From an uncultured delta proteobacterium (lineage in GTDB: Bacteria > Desulfobacterota > Binatia > Binatales > Binataceae), in the NCBI GenBank assembly GCA_963808235.1, contig CAWEEQ010000004.1:2880001-2944000 (forward strand): a DNA stretch of 64,000 nucleotides, in the 5' to 3' direction. Positions 39,263 through 50,361 of the stretch are shown piece after piece. Position numbers and translations under genes: made by a program. How positions within the stretch are numbered: position 1 is the first letter of the stretch; each line of letters begins with the position of its first letter. The notes beneath the pieces are model-generated. The model ran no database searches and was not told the DNA's origin. It saw nothing but the letters and a program-made list of their open reading frames with translations.

Positions 39263-40042
39263 TTAACGAGTCCGCGCCCTGACGATGCGCGCGAACGAGT
39301 CAGCCTTCAAGCTTGCCCCGCCGACCAGAGCCCCGTCAATATCGGGTTTGGAGACGAGCGAGTCAACATTCTCGGGATTGACGCTGCCGCCATAGAGGAT
39401 TCGAATCGCGGACGCGCGTTCGCGGCCGTAGCGCTCGAGGATCACGCCGCGGATCGCGCCGTGAATCGATTCCGCATGCTCGGGAGTCGCGGTGCGGCCG
39501 GTGCCGATCGCCCAGACCGGCTCGTAGGCGACGGCCAGCGCGGGCATCTGAGCTTCGCCGACGCCTTCGAGTCCGCGTTCGAGCTGGCGGAGCACGACGC
39601 TGAGCGCGTCGCCGCTATCGTGCTGGGCTTCGGTCTCGCCGACGCACAGTATCGGCACCATCCGATGGTTCAGCGCGGCGAGCACTTTCTTGTTGATCAG
39701 CTCATCGGGCTCATGAAAGACGTGACGGCGTTCCGAATGGCCCAGGATGACGTGGGTAACGCCGTAAGCTTTCAGCATCGGGGGCGACACTTCTCCGGTG
39801 AAGGCGCCCTTCTCCTCGTAGAACATGTTTTGCGCGCCGAGCAGAATCGAGGAGCCCGCGAGCGCTTGCGCGACTGCGGGGATCAGGATGTCGGGCGGCG
39901 CGACCATCACGTCGCGATCTTTGGCGAGCGTGGCGGCGTCGCGATCGATGTCGGCTCGGAGCCCGGCGATGAGGGCGCGCGCCTCGACCGGAAGAAGATG
40001 CATCTTCCAGTTTCCGGCGATTAGTTTTTTGCGTGGTTCCAT
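39263..40042 (-). CDS. tpiA: Triosephosphate isomerase
   Basis: AGNWKM, GHSERR, AYEPVWAIGTG, YGGSV, LVGGASL. Confidence 0.98.
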   Translation of the reverse strand: MEPRKKLIAGNWKMHLLPVEARALIAGLRADIDRDAATLAKDRDVMVAPPDILIPAVAQALAGSSILLGAQNMFYEEKGAFTGEVSPPMLKAYGVTHVILGHSERRHVFHEPDELINKKVLAALNHRMVPILCVGETEAQHDSGDALSVVLRQLERGLEGVGEAQMPALAVAYEPVWAIGTGRTATPEHAESIHGAIRGVILERYGRERASAIRILYGGSVNPENVDSLVSKPDIDGALVGGASLKADSFARIVRARTR

Positions 40043-40055
40043 TTTCGCGCTAGCG

Positions 40056-41240
40056 TCACTTACCTGGCGCTTCGAGGGCTTTTACGCCGGGGAGTTCGCG
40101 GCCTTCCAGGAATTCCAGGGAGGCGCCGCCGCCGGTTGAGATGTGGGTGAATTTTTTCGCCCACGGTTGATGCGCTACTGCGGCGGCGGTGTCGCCGCCG
40201 CCGATTATCGACACGACGTCCAGTTGGTTGGCAAGCGCTTCGCCGACGCGCATCGTGCCCGACGAGAACGCGGGGATTTCGAAAAATCCCAGTGGGCCGT
40301 TCCATATCACGGTTTTTGCGCGGGCGATTTCCGCGATGAAGGCGTCGATGGTTTGCGGTCCGATATCGAGGCCCATCAGCTCGGACGGAATTTCGGTGAC
40401 TGTGTTGGCGCTGGCGTTGGCTTCAGGAGCGCCTGCGACTACATGATCGACCGGCAGCACGATTCTGACATTTTTCTTCGCGGCCTCGGCCAATAGCTCG
40501 CGCGCCAGATCGATTTTATCGTCCTCAACCAGCGAGCGGCCCACCGCGACGCCCTGGGCTTTGAGAAACGTGTAGGCCATCGCGCCGCCGATCAGGATCG
40601 CGTCAACCTTGGTCATCAGATTTCTGATGACTCCGATCTTGTCGGAGACTTTTGCTCCGCCCAGGATCGCGAGCGCCGGACGCTTGGGATTTTCGGTGAC
40701 GGCGCGCAGCGCCTCGAGCTCGCGCATCATGAGGAATCCGGCGGCGCGCTCCACGATGAAGCGGGTGACTCCCACTGTCGAGGCGTGGGCGCGATGCGCG
40801 GCGCCGAACGCGTCGTTGATGAAGACTTGTTTGCCGCGCGCGAGTTCATGGGAGAAGTCGCGATCGTTGGCTTCTTCCTCGCGATGGAAGCGCAGGTTCT
40901 CGAGCAGGATCGCTTCACCGGGTTTGAGTGCCTCGATCATTTTGCCGGTGTGATCGCCGATGCAATCGGGTGCGAGCGCGACCTTCTGCCCGAGCACCGC
41001 AGACAGATATTCGGCGACCGGCTTGAGGCTCAGCTCGGCGCTGCGTTCCTTGGGACGGCCAAGATGCGAGCAAAGGACCGCGGTGCCGCCCTGCCCCAGG
41101 ATGTGGCGAATCGTGTCGAGGCTCGCGTCGATGCGCGCGGGGTCCTGAATCTTGCCTTCGTGCATCGGCACGTTGAAATCGCATCGCACGAGCGCCTTCT
41201 TGTTTTTCAACTGAAGGCTCGTGATCGGAATGACGGGCAT
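40056..41240 (-). CDS. pgk: Phosphoglycerate kinase
   Basis: [35 protein letters not shown]. Confidence 0.98.
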   Translation of the reverse strand: MPVIPITSLQLKNKKALVRCDFNVPMHEGKIQDPARIDASLDTIRHILGQGGTAVLCSHLGRPKERSAELSLKPVAEYLSAVLGQKVALAPDCIGDHTGKMIEALKPGEAILLENLRFHREEEANDRDFSHELARGKQVFINDAFGAAHRAHASTVGVTRFIVERAAGFLMMRELEALRAVTENPKRPALAILGGAKVSDKIGVIRNLMTKVDAILIGGAMAYTFLKAQGVAVGRSLVEDDKIDLARELLAEAAKKNVRIVLPVDHVVAGAPEANASANTVTEIPSELMGLDIGPQTIDAFIAEIARAKTVIWNGPLGFFEIPAFSSGTMRVGEALANQLDVVSIIGGGDTAAAVAHQPWAKKFTHISTGGGASLEFLEGRELPGVKALEAPGK

Positions 41241-41285
41241 CGGCGACGATTTCTTTTCTTGAGAGACTCGATTCGACTCGGGCGC

Positions 41286-42290
41286 TTACAGCTTGCCCGC
41301 GACGAATGCGGCTATATCAGCGAGCCGGTTCGAGTAGCCCCATTCGTTATCGTACCACGAAAATATTTTCACCAGCCGCTTGCCACTGACCTTGGTCAGC
41401 GGGGCATCGAAGATCGACGAATGAGGATTGCCGTTGAGATCGGTCGAAACGAGCGGCGCCTCGCTGTATTCGAGGATGCCCTTGAGCGGGCCTTCGGCCG
41501 CGGCCCTCATCGCAGCGTTGACGGATTTTTCGTCGGCGTCTTTCTCGACCGTCGCAGTGAGATCGACCACGGAAACGTTGGAGGTTGGAACGCGAATCGC
41601 AAGGCCGTCGAGCTTGCCCTGAAGCGCCGGCAGCACCAGGCCAATTGCTTTCGCGGCGCCGGTCGAAGTCGGGATCATCGAGAGCGCGGCTGCGCGGGCG
41701 CGGCGCAAATCCTTGTGCGGGCCATCTTGCAGCATCTGATCGGAGGTGTAGCTGTGAATCGTGGTCATCAGGCCGTGCACTACGACGAATTTATCGTGCA
41801 GAACTTTCGCGATCGGCGCCAGGCAGTTGGTGGTGCACGACGCGTTGGAAATTACGTCGTGCTTTTTCGGGTCGTAGGTGTCCTGGTTGACGCCGAGGCA
41901 TAGGGTGACATCGGCGCCGTCGGCGGGAGCGCTGATGACGACTTTTTTCGCGCCCGCGGCGAGATGCATCGCCGCCTTGTCGCGCGCGGTGAAGAGCCCG
42001 GTCGATTCGATCACCACCTGCACGCCGAGCTTGCCCCACGGAAGTTTCGAGGGATCGCGCTCGGCAAGGACCTGCATCTGTTTGCCGTCGAGGTAGATGT
42101 GCCCGCCTTCGGTCTTGACCTCGTGCTTAAGGGGGCCGTGGATGGAATCGTATTTGAGCAGATGGGCGAGGGTCGGCGCGTCGGTGATGTCGTTGACGGC
42201 GACGACTTCGAGGTCCTTCTTGGTGAGGGCCGCGCGCAGGAACATCCTGCCAATTCGGCCGAATCCGTTAATCCCGACTTTTATCGCCAC
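41286..42290 (-). CDS. gap: Glyceraldehyde-3-phosphate dehydrogenase
   Basis: GINGFGRIG, SNASCTTNC, WYDNEWGY; GTG start with GGAGG RBS. Confidence 0.98.
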   Translation of the reverse strand: MAIKVGINGFGRIGRMFLRAALTKKDLEVVAVNDITDAPTLAHLLKYDSIHGPLKHEVKTEGGHIYLDGKQMQVLAERDPSKLPWGKLGVQVVIESTGLFTARDKAAMHLAAGAKKVVISAPADGADVTLCLGVNQDTYDPKKHDVISNASCTTNCLAPIAKVLHDKFVVVHGLMTTIHSYTSDQMLQDGPHKDLRRARAAALSMIPTSTGAAKAIGLVLPALQGKLDGLAIRVPTSNVSVVDLTATVEKDADEKSVNAAMRAAAEGPLKGILEYSEAPLVSTDLNGNPHSSIFDAPLTKVSGKRLVKIFSWYDNEWGYSNRLADIAAFVAGKL

Positions 42291-42536
42291 CGCTCGATTC
42301 CTCCTGCCAGGCAATTCGCAATGATCATACGCCGAATAAAGAATACCAAAATTAATGACCCGAACCTTAGATAAGTCCGGGTCCGATATTCAAGGGCGAT
42401 CTATTAACTGATCTTACGCCCGGACGGAGCGCGAATCAGCAACCTAACCCGGACAATCGCGTCTAATAGGGTGTGCTGGTTTTGGGCGCGCCGATACCCT
42501 TATAATGAAACGATTCTCTGGTCGAGTGCGGAGTAT

Positions 42537-43250
42537 ATGCTCCATCAGGTGAGTGGTGCAGGCGGATTGGGGGTGGTGGATTTGGTGCTGGGCACTGGCC
42601 CAGTGGTTGCCGCTGTGCTGTGGCTGCTGGTCGCGTTCTCGGTCGGCAGCTGGGGAATTATCCTTTACAAATTGGTTCAGATATCACGGGCGCGGCGCGA
42701 GTCCGAGCGCTTTATCGCGATTTTTTGGGATTCGAAGAATCTTGCCGCAATCCATACCGCCAGCGTCAATTTCAAGCAGAGTCCGGTTGCGCAGGTTTTC
42801 CGCTCGGGTTACCAGGAGCTGCTCCAATTGACTCGAGCCAAACGGCAGGCGGTCGGCGCCGAGGGCGGCTTCTCGACGGACTTGGGCGGAATCGCGAACG
42901 TGATGCGCGCGATGAAGCGCCAGGAAAACGTGGAACTGACCAAGCTCGAGTCGGGGATAACGTTTCTGGCGACGACTGGATCGTCGTGCCCGTTTATCGG
43001 GCTCTTCGGGACCGTATGGGGAATCATGACGGCGTTTCTCGGGCTGTCGGCGTCGCATACGTCGAGTATCCAGGCGGTGGCGCCGGGTATCGCGGAGGCG
43101 CTGATCACGACGGCGGTCGGCCTGGTCGCAGCGATTCCAGCGCAGATGTTCTACAATTACTTCATTGCACGCGTGCGCGTGCTTGCAACCGAGATGGACA
43201 ATTTTACGTCAGAATTCTTGAACATCGCCGAACGTCATTTCCTTTCGTAG
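42537..43250 (+). CDS. tolQ: TolQ
   Basis: LATTGSSCPFIGLFGTVWGIM, VAPGIAEALITTA. Confidence 0.93.
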   Translation: MLHQVSGAGGLGVVDLVLGTGPVVAAVLWLLVAFSVGSWGIILYKLVQISRARRESERFIAIFWDSKNLAAIHTASVNFKQSPVAQVFRSGYQELLQLTRAKRQAVGAEGGFSTDLGGIANVMRAMKRQENVELTKLESGITFLATTGSSCPFIGLFGTVWGIMTAFLGLSASHTSSIQAVAPGIAEALITTAVGLVAAIPAQMFYNYFIARVRVLATEMDNFTSEFLNIAERHFLS

Positions 43251-43266
43251 AGCGAGCGGAAAACCG

Positions 43267-43737
43267 ATGGCAATGGATCCGGCACAACGCGGGCAGATGG
43301 TCTCGCAGATCAACGTCACGCCGCTGGTCGACGTGATGCTGGTGCTGCTGGTGATCTTCATGGTGACCGCGCCGATTATCCAGCAAGGCGTCGAAGTCTC
43401 GCTGCCGAAGGTCAAGGCGCAGGCGCTGCCGGGCAAGGAAGAACAGTTCGTGGTTTCGATAACGCGCGGCAGCGAGATTTATCTCAATGACTCGAAACTT
43501 TCGGCCGACGAGCTGACCGACAAGCTGAAAGCGATCTCGCAGGAGCGTCCCGACCGCCAGGTTTTTATCCGCGCCGACGACCAGGTGCCGTACGGCGAGG
43601 TGATTCGCACCATGGCGGCGATCAAATCGGCGGGGATCGAGAACGTAGGTATGGTAACCGAGATGCCGGCCGGCGCCGACGCGACGGCCCCGCCGCATTC
43701 GCGAAGTGAGCGCGGGCGTGGCAGCGCCGGACCGTAA
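43267..43737 (+). CDS. tolR: TolR
   Basis: INVTPLVDVMLVLLVIFM, IRAD..VPYG. Confidence 0.93.
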   Translation: MAMDPAQRGQMVSQINVTPLVDVMLVLLVIFMVTAPIIQQGVEVSLPKVKAQALPGKEEQFVVSITRGSEIYLNDSKLSADELTDKLKAISQERPDRQVFIRADDQVPYGEVIRTMAAIKSAGIENVGMVTEMPAGADATAPPHSRSERGRGSAGP

Positions 43738-44800
43738 CCGGGACGAGGGGCAGTCGCGGGCCGGATATTTCGGGGCGATTGTCGTCTCGGCGCTGGGTCA
43801 CGGTGCGGTGTTCGCGCTGATTTTCTTCGTCGCGCCGCGATATCTGCATCAACCGGATGCGCCGCCGCCCGCATACACAGTAAAGATCGTCGATAATATT
43901 CCGGCCGGGGATCTCGGCACGCGCTTGCCGCGAATCAATCGGCATCATGCGGACGAATCGAAGGCTCAGCCCAAGCCGGAGGAACCCAAGGTCAAAGTCG
44001 AGCCGCCCAAGCCGGAACTCGCGCCGAACGACGATAAAAACGCGTTGGCGCTGAATACGCTCACGACGCCGACCGAAACGCCGACGCCCGAGCCGACCGC
44101 CGCGCCTACAGCCGCGCCGACGGTCGAGGCGACGCCGACCGATACGCCAGTACCGACTCCGGAGCCGACCAAGCGGCCGACGCCGAGGCCCACACCCAGG
44201 GAGTCGAAGCGTCGCGCACCCAAGTCTGAGGCGTCGAAGATTGTGATCGCGAGAGCAAGTTCGACACCGAGCGTCGCGGAGCGGCTGGCCGCGCTGAAGC
44301 GCAGAAATTTCGAAGAGCACGTCAAGAACGTCGCCAAGATGGCGGCCGAGGCGAAAAAGAACGACGACGAGGACATGGATGACGATTCGGACGACGACAC
44401 CGACACTCCGGCGGCGTCGGCGGGCGGCGGACCCGTGGTCGGCAGCGTTGCGTCGGAGGGGCGCGGCTACGGAGTTGGGCCGGGCGAAGGCAGCGAGGGG
44501 ATTCTCAAGGACCCGGAATTTCTGCTGTACTATAAGACTGTGCAGGATCAGATTAAGAAGGCGTGGAGTTTTACCGGCGGTTCAAACGATCTGACCGCGA
44601 CAGTGGATTTCGCGATCGGCCCGGACGGAACTTTAGTCGGCGCCAAGATCGGCACGAGTTCTAATGACCCGGCCTTCGATGATTCGGTGATTCGAGCGAT
44701 CCGGCGCGCCGCGCCGTTCCCGCCGCCGCCGGATAAATTTCGCGATCAATTTTCATCAGGAATAAAAGCATTGTTCCAGCTCGGCGAACTCAAGTCCTAA
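43718..44800 (+). CDS. tolA: TolA/TonB-like protein
   Basis: TM with an S..H motif, Pro/Thr-rich linker, C-terminal SSNDPAFDDSVIRAI; lies between tolR and tolB. Confidence 0.85.
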   Translation: MAAPDRNRDEGQSRAGYFGAIVVSALGHGAVFALIFFVAPRYLHQPDAPPPAYTVKIVDNIPAGDLGTRLPRINRHHADESKAQPKPEEPKVKVEPPKPELAPNDDKNALALNTLTTPTETPTPEPTAAPTAAPTVEATPTDTPVPTPEPTKRPTPRPTPRESKRRAPKSEASKIVIARASSTPSVAERLAALKRRNFEEHVKNVAKMAAEAKKNDDEDMDDDSDDDTDTPAASAGGGPVVGSVASEGRGYGVGPGEGSEGILKDPEFLLYYKTVQDQIKKAWSFTGGSNDLTATVDFAIGPDGTLVGAKIGTSSNDPAFDDSVIRAIRRAAPFPPPPDKFRDQFSSGIKALFQLGELKS

Positions 44801-44875
44801 CAGGATGATGGTGCAGGAGGTGCGGATGAGCCAGGTGCGTGGAGTTCGAGTTGGCGCGCGACTCGGTCTGAAACC

Positions 44876-46195
44876 ATGAAGCGAATCCTGTGTTGCTCGA
44901 TCATGCTCGCGGCGTTCGCTTTCGTCGCGCGTTCGTCTGCGGCTGCGCCGATCACGATGACGATCGCCGGACCGGGATCGCAACTCTCGACGATCGCGGT
45001 GTCGGGGCTGAAAAGTCTCGGCGGCGACAATGACCATCAGATAAGCAAAGATTTTATCAGCACGCTCCGGAAGGACCTCGAACTCTCGGGATATTTCAGA
45101 ATTATCGATCCGCACGCGTACATCGAGGATCCGCAGTCCTCGGGCTTTGAGCTGGGCCAGTTCAACTTCGCCGACTGGAAATCGATCAACGCGGACTTCC
45201 TGGTCAAGGGATCGATCGCCGCGGACGCATCGGGGATGAAGCTGACGGCGTACCTATACGATGTAGCGCAGCAGCGGCGCATGATGGGCAAGAACTACAC
45301 GGGCAATGCGACCGACGCGGCGCGGATGGCGCGGCGATTCGCGGACGCTATTCTGGAGTCGGCGACCGGACAGAAGGGGCCGTTCGATTCAAAGCTCGGC
45401 TTCGTCTCGACTCGCGGCGGGCGCTTCAAGGAAATTTATACGCAATCGATAGACGGTCAGAACCTGTTCAAGCTGACCGACAACCCCACGATCAATCTAT
45501 TCCCGAGTTTCGATCACAGCACGCGCTACGTCCTCTATCTCTCGTACAAGAGCCTGGAACCAGCGCTTTATCTCGCCGATCTCAAGGAACGGCGCGAAAC
45601 GCGGCTCGACAGCCCGCACGGGCGCTTGATCGGCGGCACGATTTCGCCCGACGCCGAGCGAGTGGTCGCCGCGATCGAGCGTGGCGGCACCACCAATCTG
45701 TACCTGATCACGCGCGAGGGCGCCGAGATTCGTCAGCTCACCGATACCAACGGAATCAACGTGAGCCCGGCAATTTCGCCCGACGGCGAGAGTATGGCGT
45801 TCACGTCGGATCGCTCGGGCACTCCGCAGATCTACGTAATGCCGCTCGGCGGCGGCGCGGCCAAGCGGCTCACGTTCAGCGGCGACTACAACACCACGCC
45901 GGCGTTTTCGCCCAAGGGCGACAAGCTTGCGTACCAGAGGCGTGAGAACGGACGCTTCGATATATGGACAATTTCGCTCAAGGGCGGCGAGCCGATCCAG
46001 ATCACCGACGGCAACGGTTCCAACGAATATCCGAGTTGGTCTCCCGACGGGCGTTATATCGCGTTCAGCTCGACGCGCAGTCACAACTCGCGAATCTATA
46101 TAATGATGGTCGGCAACCGGAAGATTATTTCCGCTTTGACGGAGGGCAATGGTAATGATTCCTGTCCAGTGTGGTCGTGGTGGTTGGGTGAATAA
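44876..46195 (+). CDS. tolB: TolB
   Basis: Signal peptide, TolB N-domain, PD40 repeats (SPDG, FTSDRSG, PSWSPDG). Confidence 0.93.
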   Translation: MKRILCCSIMLAAFAFVARSSAAAPITMTIAGPGSQLSTIAVSGLKSLGGDNDHQISKDFISTLRKDLELSGYFRIIDPHAYIEDPQSSGFELGQFNFADWKSINADFLVKGSIAADASGMKLTAYLYDVAQQRRMMGKNYTGNATDAARMARRFADAILESATGQKGPFDSKLGFVSTRGGRFKEIYTQSIDGQNLFKLTDNPTINLFPSFDHSTRYVLYLSYKSLEPALYLADLKERRETRLDSPHGRLIGGTISPDAERVVAAIERGGTTNLYLITREGAEIRQLTDTNGINVSPAISPDGESMAFTSDRSGTPQIYVMPLGGGAAKRLTFSGDYNTTPAFSPKGDKLAYQRRENGRFDIWTISLKGGEPIQITDGNGSNEYPSWSPDGRYIAFSSTRSHNSRIYIMMVGNRKIISALTEGNGNDSCPVWSWWLGE

Positions 46196-46724
46196 TCGTT
46201 CGACATTGGCCAAGGCGATCGCAATTGTGAGTGTTGGCGTGATGCTGATGATGGCGGGATGCTCGTCGAAGAAGCCTGCGCCAGTCGGCGATACGAATCC
46301 CAACCCAAATGGAATTGGTGAAAATGGCACCGGCTCGGGCGGTACCAGCCTCGAGGACTGGGAGAAGGGCACAGTCGGGAGAGGTGGTCCGCTCAGCGAC
46401 ATCCACTTCGGGTACAACGATTCGACGATCAATGAGCAGGACGGTAGTGTGCTGAGGTCCAACGCAGATTGGCTGCAGAAGCATCCGCAGACCAGGGTGC
46501 AGGTCGAGGGTTATTGCGATGAGCGCGGATCGGAGGAATACAATATCGCGCTGGGCGCCAAGCGTGCACAGGCCGGCAAGGACTACCTGGAAACGCTCGG
46601 AATCAGCCCCAGCAGAATGTCGACGATCAGCTACGGGAAGGAACTTCCACTCTGCCAGGATCACGACGAAAGCTGCTGGCAGCAAAACCGGCGCGATCAC
46701 TTTATGGTAAGCAGATCACAGTGA
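46188..46724 (+). CDS. pal: Peptidoglycan-associated lipoprotein
   Basis: Lipobox MAGC, EGYCDERGSEEYNIALG, SYGKE, NRR. Confidence 0.95.
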   Translation: MNNRSTLAKAIAIVSVGVMLMMAGCSSKKPAPVGDTNPNPNGIGENGTGSGGTSLEDWEKGTVGRGGPLSDIHFGYNDSTINEQDGSVLRSNADWLQKHPQTRVQVEGYCDERGSEEYNIALGAKRAQAGKDYLETLGISPSRMSTISYGKELPLCQDHDESCWQQNRRDHFMVSRSQ

Positions 46725-46742
46725 GCGAATAGGGATTAACGC

Positions 46743-47597
46743 GTGCGAAATACCAACTGGCCGATCCGCGCCGCCATGCTTGCAGCAGCATTCGCGCTTG
46801 CGGGATGCACTCCGCAAGCCGACTTGCAGCAACTAAACCAGAACGAGTTCACGCTGCGCGGGATGATCGCGAGCGACCGCCAGCAAATCGACGCGTTGAA
46901 GGCGCAAATCGCGCGACAGAATGATCAGATCGAGGAACTCAAGCACGGCGCGGCAGGCAGCGGTCCGGAAGCATCGGCGCTGAACGACAAGGTCGCGAAG
47001 CTGGAAACCGAAGTCAGCGCGCTGCAGGCCGGGATGGCGGCGACACCGGGCATGGTGGTGCCACCGGTCGCCGATTCCACGGGTTCGACGCCGGGCGCAG
47101 TTGCGCCGGGCGCGCCGGCCGGCCCGGGACCGACGGCGCCGGCGATGCCCGCGGAAACTCCGCCATCGTGGCCGGGCGAACTCGATCAGGAGATTGCCGA
47201 CGCCGGTAGTTCGAGCGAGCCGGGAATAAAGATCTATCGTCAGGGTCTCGACGCGATGAAGGCGGGCAAGTATCCGCTTGCGGTCGCCAACTTCACCCGC
47301 CTGCAACATTCCTATCCGAAATCCGCGCTCAGCGAGCCGGCCGAATACTTCGCGGCCAACGCGCTTTACGAAACCGGCGAGTTCGACAAGGCGATTCTGC
47401 AGTTCAACGACCTGGTGATGCGCTTTCCGAAAGGCAAGTACGCCAGCGCCGCGCTGCTGCGCGAGGCGCAGGCTTTTCTGAAGCTCAACGATCGGATCGA
47501 CGCGCGTCTGACCTTGCAGAAGCTGGTCGCCGATCACGGCGGAACGCCTGAAGCGACGGCCGCAAACGGCATGATGAAAGATCTCGCGAGCGACTGA
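46743..47597 (+). CDS. cpoB: Tol-Pal protein CpoB/YbgF
   Basis: Lipobox LAGC, coiled coil, C-terminal TPRs; follows pal. Confidence 0.85.
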   Translation: MRNTNWPIRAAMLAAAFALAGCTPQADLQQLNQNEFTLRGMIASDRQQIDALKAQIARQNDQIEELKHGAAGSGPEASALNDKVAKLETEVSALQAGMAATPGMVVPPVADSTGSTPGAVAPGAPAGPGPTAPAMPAETPPSWPGELDQEIADAGSSSEPGIKIYRQGLDAMKAGKYPLAVANFTRLQHSYPKSALSEPAEYFAANALYETGEFDKAILQFNDLVMRFPKGKYASAALLREAQAFLKLNDRIDARLTLQKLVADHGGTPEATAANGMMKDLASD

Positions 47598-47599
47598 GA

Positions 47600-48523
47600 T
47601 TGGAGATAATTCGCGATCTCGAAACGCTGACGCGCCATCCTTATCCGGTCACCGCGATCGGCAATTTTGATGGCGTGCACATGGGCCATCGCGCGATCCT
47701 GAAGGCGGCGATCGATCGCGCTCGCGCGGCGGCGGGCACGGCGTTCGCACTGACGTTCGATCCTCTGCCGGCCAAGCTGCTGGTTCCGGATCGCGCCCCG
47801 CCGCTGATACTCATACCTGACGACAAGCTCGAGTTGCTGAGGCTGTCGGGAATCGACGGCGTGATCGTGCTCAAGTTCACGCGCGAACTGAGCATGCTCT
47901 CGCCGCGCGATTTTGTGCGCGACTACCTGAGCGGAAAAATCGGCGCGCGCGAAGTGGTCGCGGGGCACAGCTGGCGCTTCGGCCACAATCGCGCCGGCAA
48001 TCCGGCTGTGCTGGTCGAACTCGGGCGCGAGTTCGGTTTCGACACAACCGTGGTCGGGCCGGTCAAGCTCGGCGGCGTCGAGGTAAGTTCAACCAAGGTG
48101 CGCGAGTTGATCGCGTCGGGAGACATGCGCGCCGCAGCCAAATTGATGGGCCGTTATCATTTTTTGCACGGCCCGGTGGTGCGCGGGCGCGAGCGCGGAC
48201 GGAAGATCGGATTTCCCACCGCGAATCTCGAAAGCGAAACGGAATGCGTGCCGCCCGACGGGGTTTACGCGACGCGGGTGATCCTCGACGACGGCGCGTA
48301 CGGGTCGATCACCAACATCGGGATGCGTCCGACTTTTTCGGAGACCGCGCGATCGATCGAAGCGCACATCTTCGATTTCACCCGCGACATCTATGGGATG
48401 CGAATCAAACTCGAGCTGATCGAGCGAATCCGTCCCGAGCGCAAATTCGACAGCGCCGACGCGCTCAAGAATCAGATCGCACTCGATCTCAGCAAAGCCC
48501 GCGAAATTCTCGCCGCCGTCTGA
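47600..48523 (+). CDS. ribF: Riboflavin kinase / FAD synthetase
   Basis: GNFDGVHMGH, VSSTKVR, GFPTAN, NIGMRPTF, EAHIFDF. Confidence 0.97.
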   Translation: MEIIRDLETLTRHPYPVTAIGNFDGVHMGHRAILKAAIDRARAAAGTAFALTFDPLPAKLLVPDRAPPLILIPDDKLELLRLSGIDGVIVLKFTRELSMLSPRDFVRDYLSGKIGAREVVAGHSWRFGHNRAGNPAVLVELGREFGFDTTVVGPVKLGGVEVSSTKVRELIASGDMRAAAKLMGRYHFLHGPVVRGRERGRKIGFPTANLESETECVPPDGVYATRVILDDGAYGSITNIGMRPTFSETARSIEAHIFDFTRDIYGMRIKLELIERIRPERKFDSADALKNQIALDLSKAREILAAV

Positions 48524-48530
48524 CTCGCCG

Positions 48531-49414
48531 CTAAATTTTCGCCGGCGGGCTCGACCCAATCGTGCGCCAGGCGCTCGACCCATCGAGCGATCTGCGCTTC
48601 GTCCTCCGGCGGATTCGCAAGCATCACGAGTTCGTTCACGCCGGCGTCGCGGTACTTCTTCAGATCGTCCGGCGTAATTTTTTTTGTATACGGGCACACG
48701 ATGATTTCGACTTCGCTCGCGGCACGGCCGTTGGCTTGCAGCATCGAGTGCAGCTTTTTCACCAGCGGCGCCGCATCGTCAGGACCAACGTTGAAGCCGA
48801 ACCATCCATCGCCGATGTCGGCGGTGCGCCTGAGCGCAGGCGCGCTTTCGCCGCCAAAGATGATTGGCAGATTGCGTCCGCGCGCAGGCTTGGGGAAACA
48901 TCGCGCGCCATCGAAGTTCACGAACTCTCCGTGGAAGCTCGAGACCTCTTCGCTCCACAGACGGCGCATCACTTCGATATATTCGCGGGTTCGATTCGCA
49001 CGCCGCTCAAATGGAATGCCGAGCGCCGCAAATTCCTCCGCCGACCATCCGATTCCGACTCCGAGCGCGAACCGTCCTCCTGCAAGCCGATCGAGACTCG
49101 CGACTTCCTTGGCCAGCACGACGGGATTGTGCTCGGGCACCAGGCAGATGCCGGTCGCGAGCCGAATCGTCTTGGTCACCGCGGCCGCATAGGTCAGCGT
49201 GATGAATGGATCGAGCCAATCCGCGCCGCCCGGCAAGCGGAAATTCGCCGCTCGACGAGTATGGATATTTCGAATCCTGCCGATCGAACAGCACGACGTG
49301 CTCTCCGACCCACAGCGTCGAGATTCCGAAACGCTCGGCAGCTTGCGCAGTCTTCGCGATCACGCCGGGCCGGGCGCCGGTGCCGATTCCAAGTGAGAAC
49401 AGTCCTACATTCAT
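48531..49414 (-). CDS. LLM class (F420-type) oxidoreductase, frameshift at about 49237 and probably about 48543
   Basis: LWVGEHVV..YPYS, then DPFITL, LAKEVASLD, GVGIGWSAEEF. A TAG at 48531-48533 would avoid the overlap with ribF. Confidence 0.82.
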
Positions 49415-50265
49415 CGCGCCGAGCCGGACGCATCTGCGCCCGCGGCAAGCGACGGCGCCTTCTCAAACTTGAGCATGAAGCGATCGGTCTCGCCGCGATG
49501 CTTGAACACGTTCCAGGTACGGTCATCCTCCGGATGACGCAGCGCGGCGGACGCACCGATCAATTTGAAGCCGGCTTTCTCGACGTCCTTGATGAGAAAA
49601 TCCTCGTCGATACGATGCAGCGTCGTCGTTTCAGTGTCGCCGGTGCCCGGCTTTGCGCTGTGATCGACGATTCCGTAAATCCCGCCCGGCTTGAGCGCCT
49701 TGTACACCGCGGCGTTCACGTTCTCGCGATTCAATTTGAAGCCGACCATGTCGTGGTAGTTGAGATGTATGATCACGGCGTCGAGCGAACCGGGCGCCAC
49801 CGGCAGCAGGTCAGGCGCATCAAATGGTTTGTTGACGGCGACCACATTTTTGAGCGCCGGTTCCTTCAGCCGTTCGTTCCAGATGTCGCCAATCTTCTTG
49901 AACTTGTCGCCGAACGGACCGTTCTGCGAATACACCATTCCGCTCGAGCCGACGATTCGCGAATACAGCTCCGTCATGTATCCGCCGCCCGCGAAAATGT
50001 CGGCAACCTTCATCCCGGGCTTGATCCCGTAAAACGTCAAAATCTGATCGGGCTTTCGTCCGGCGTCGAGCGCCTTGTCGGCGGCCGGCCGGTCGGGCGA
50101 ATTGATCGCATCGGTGATCGGTTTCGGAATTTGCGCCGCGGGAATCGGCGCGCTCTCGGTCACCGCCGCTTCGAGCGTAGTCGACAATGTCCATCCGAGC
50201 GCTACCACCGCCAGCACAATCGATAGTGCGAACCGGTATCGGCGAATAGCCATTCCGATACTCAT
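49411..50265 (-). CDS. Secreted class I SAM-dependent methyltransferase-like protein
   Basis: DAGRKP, VADIFAGGGY, NYHD, ALKPGG, IVDH, LHRI, TDRF. Confidence 0.88.
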   Translation of the reverse strand: MSIGMAIRRYRFALSIVLAVVALGWTLSTTLEAAVTESAPIPAAQIPKPITDAINSPDRPAADKALDAGRKPDQILTFYGIKPGMKVADIFAGGGYMTELYSRIVGSSGMVYSQNGPFGDKFKKIGDIWNERLKEPALKNVVAVNKPFDAPDLLPVAPGSLDAVIIHLNYHDMVGFKLNRENVNAAVYKALKPGGIYGIVDHSAKPGTGDTETTTLHRIDEDFLIKDVEKAGFKLIGASAALRHPEDDRTWNVFKHRGETDRFMLKFEKAPSLAAGADASGSAR

Positions 50266-50361
50266 TTGGATCTCTCCTTTTACGAATCAGAAAGCCTCAT
50301 AGCCGACAGCTAACATACCGGCTGCAAGACGGGCAATGTGGTTTCTTGCGGACGAAAACGG

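Noticed and set aside
42357-42383. Imperfect palindrome GACCCGAACCTTAGATAAGTCCGGGTC upstream of gap
   Set aside because: Could be an operator, but it is a single instance with no cognate regulator nearby; support is insufficient.
44070-44200. Repetitive DNA in tolA
   Set aside because: Encodes the normal Pro/Thr-rich periplasmic linker.
48562-50226. 554-aa plus-strand ORF, and similar long antisense ORFs elsewhere
   Set aside because: Shadow ORFs opposite well-supported genes, expected at high GC.
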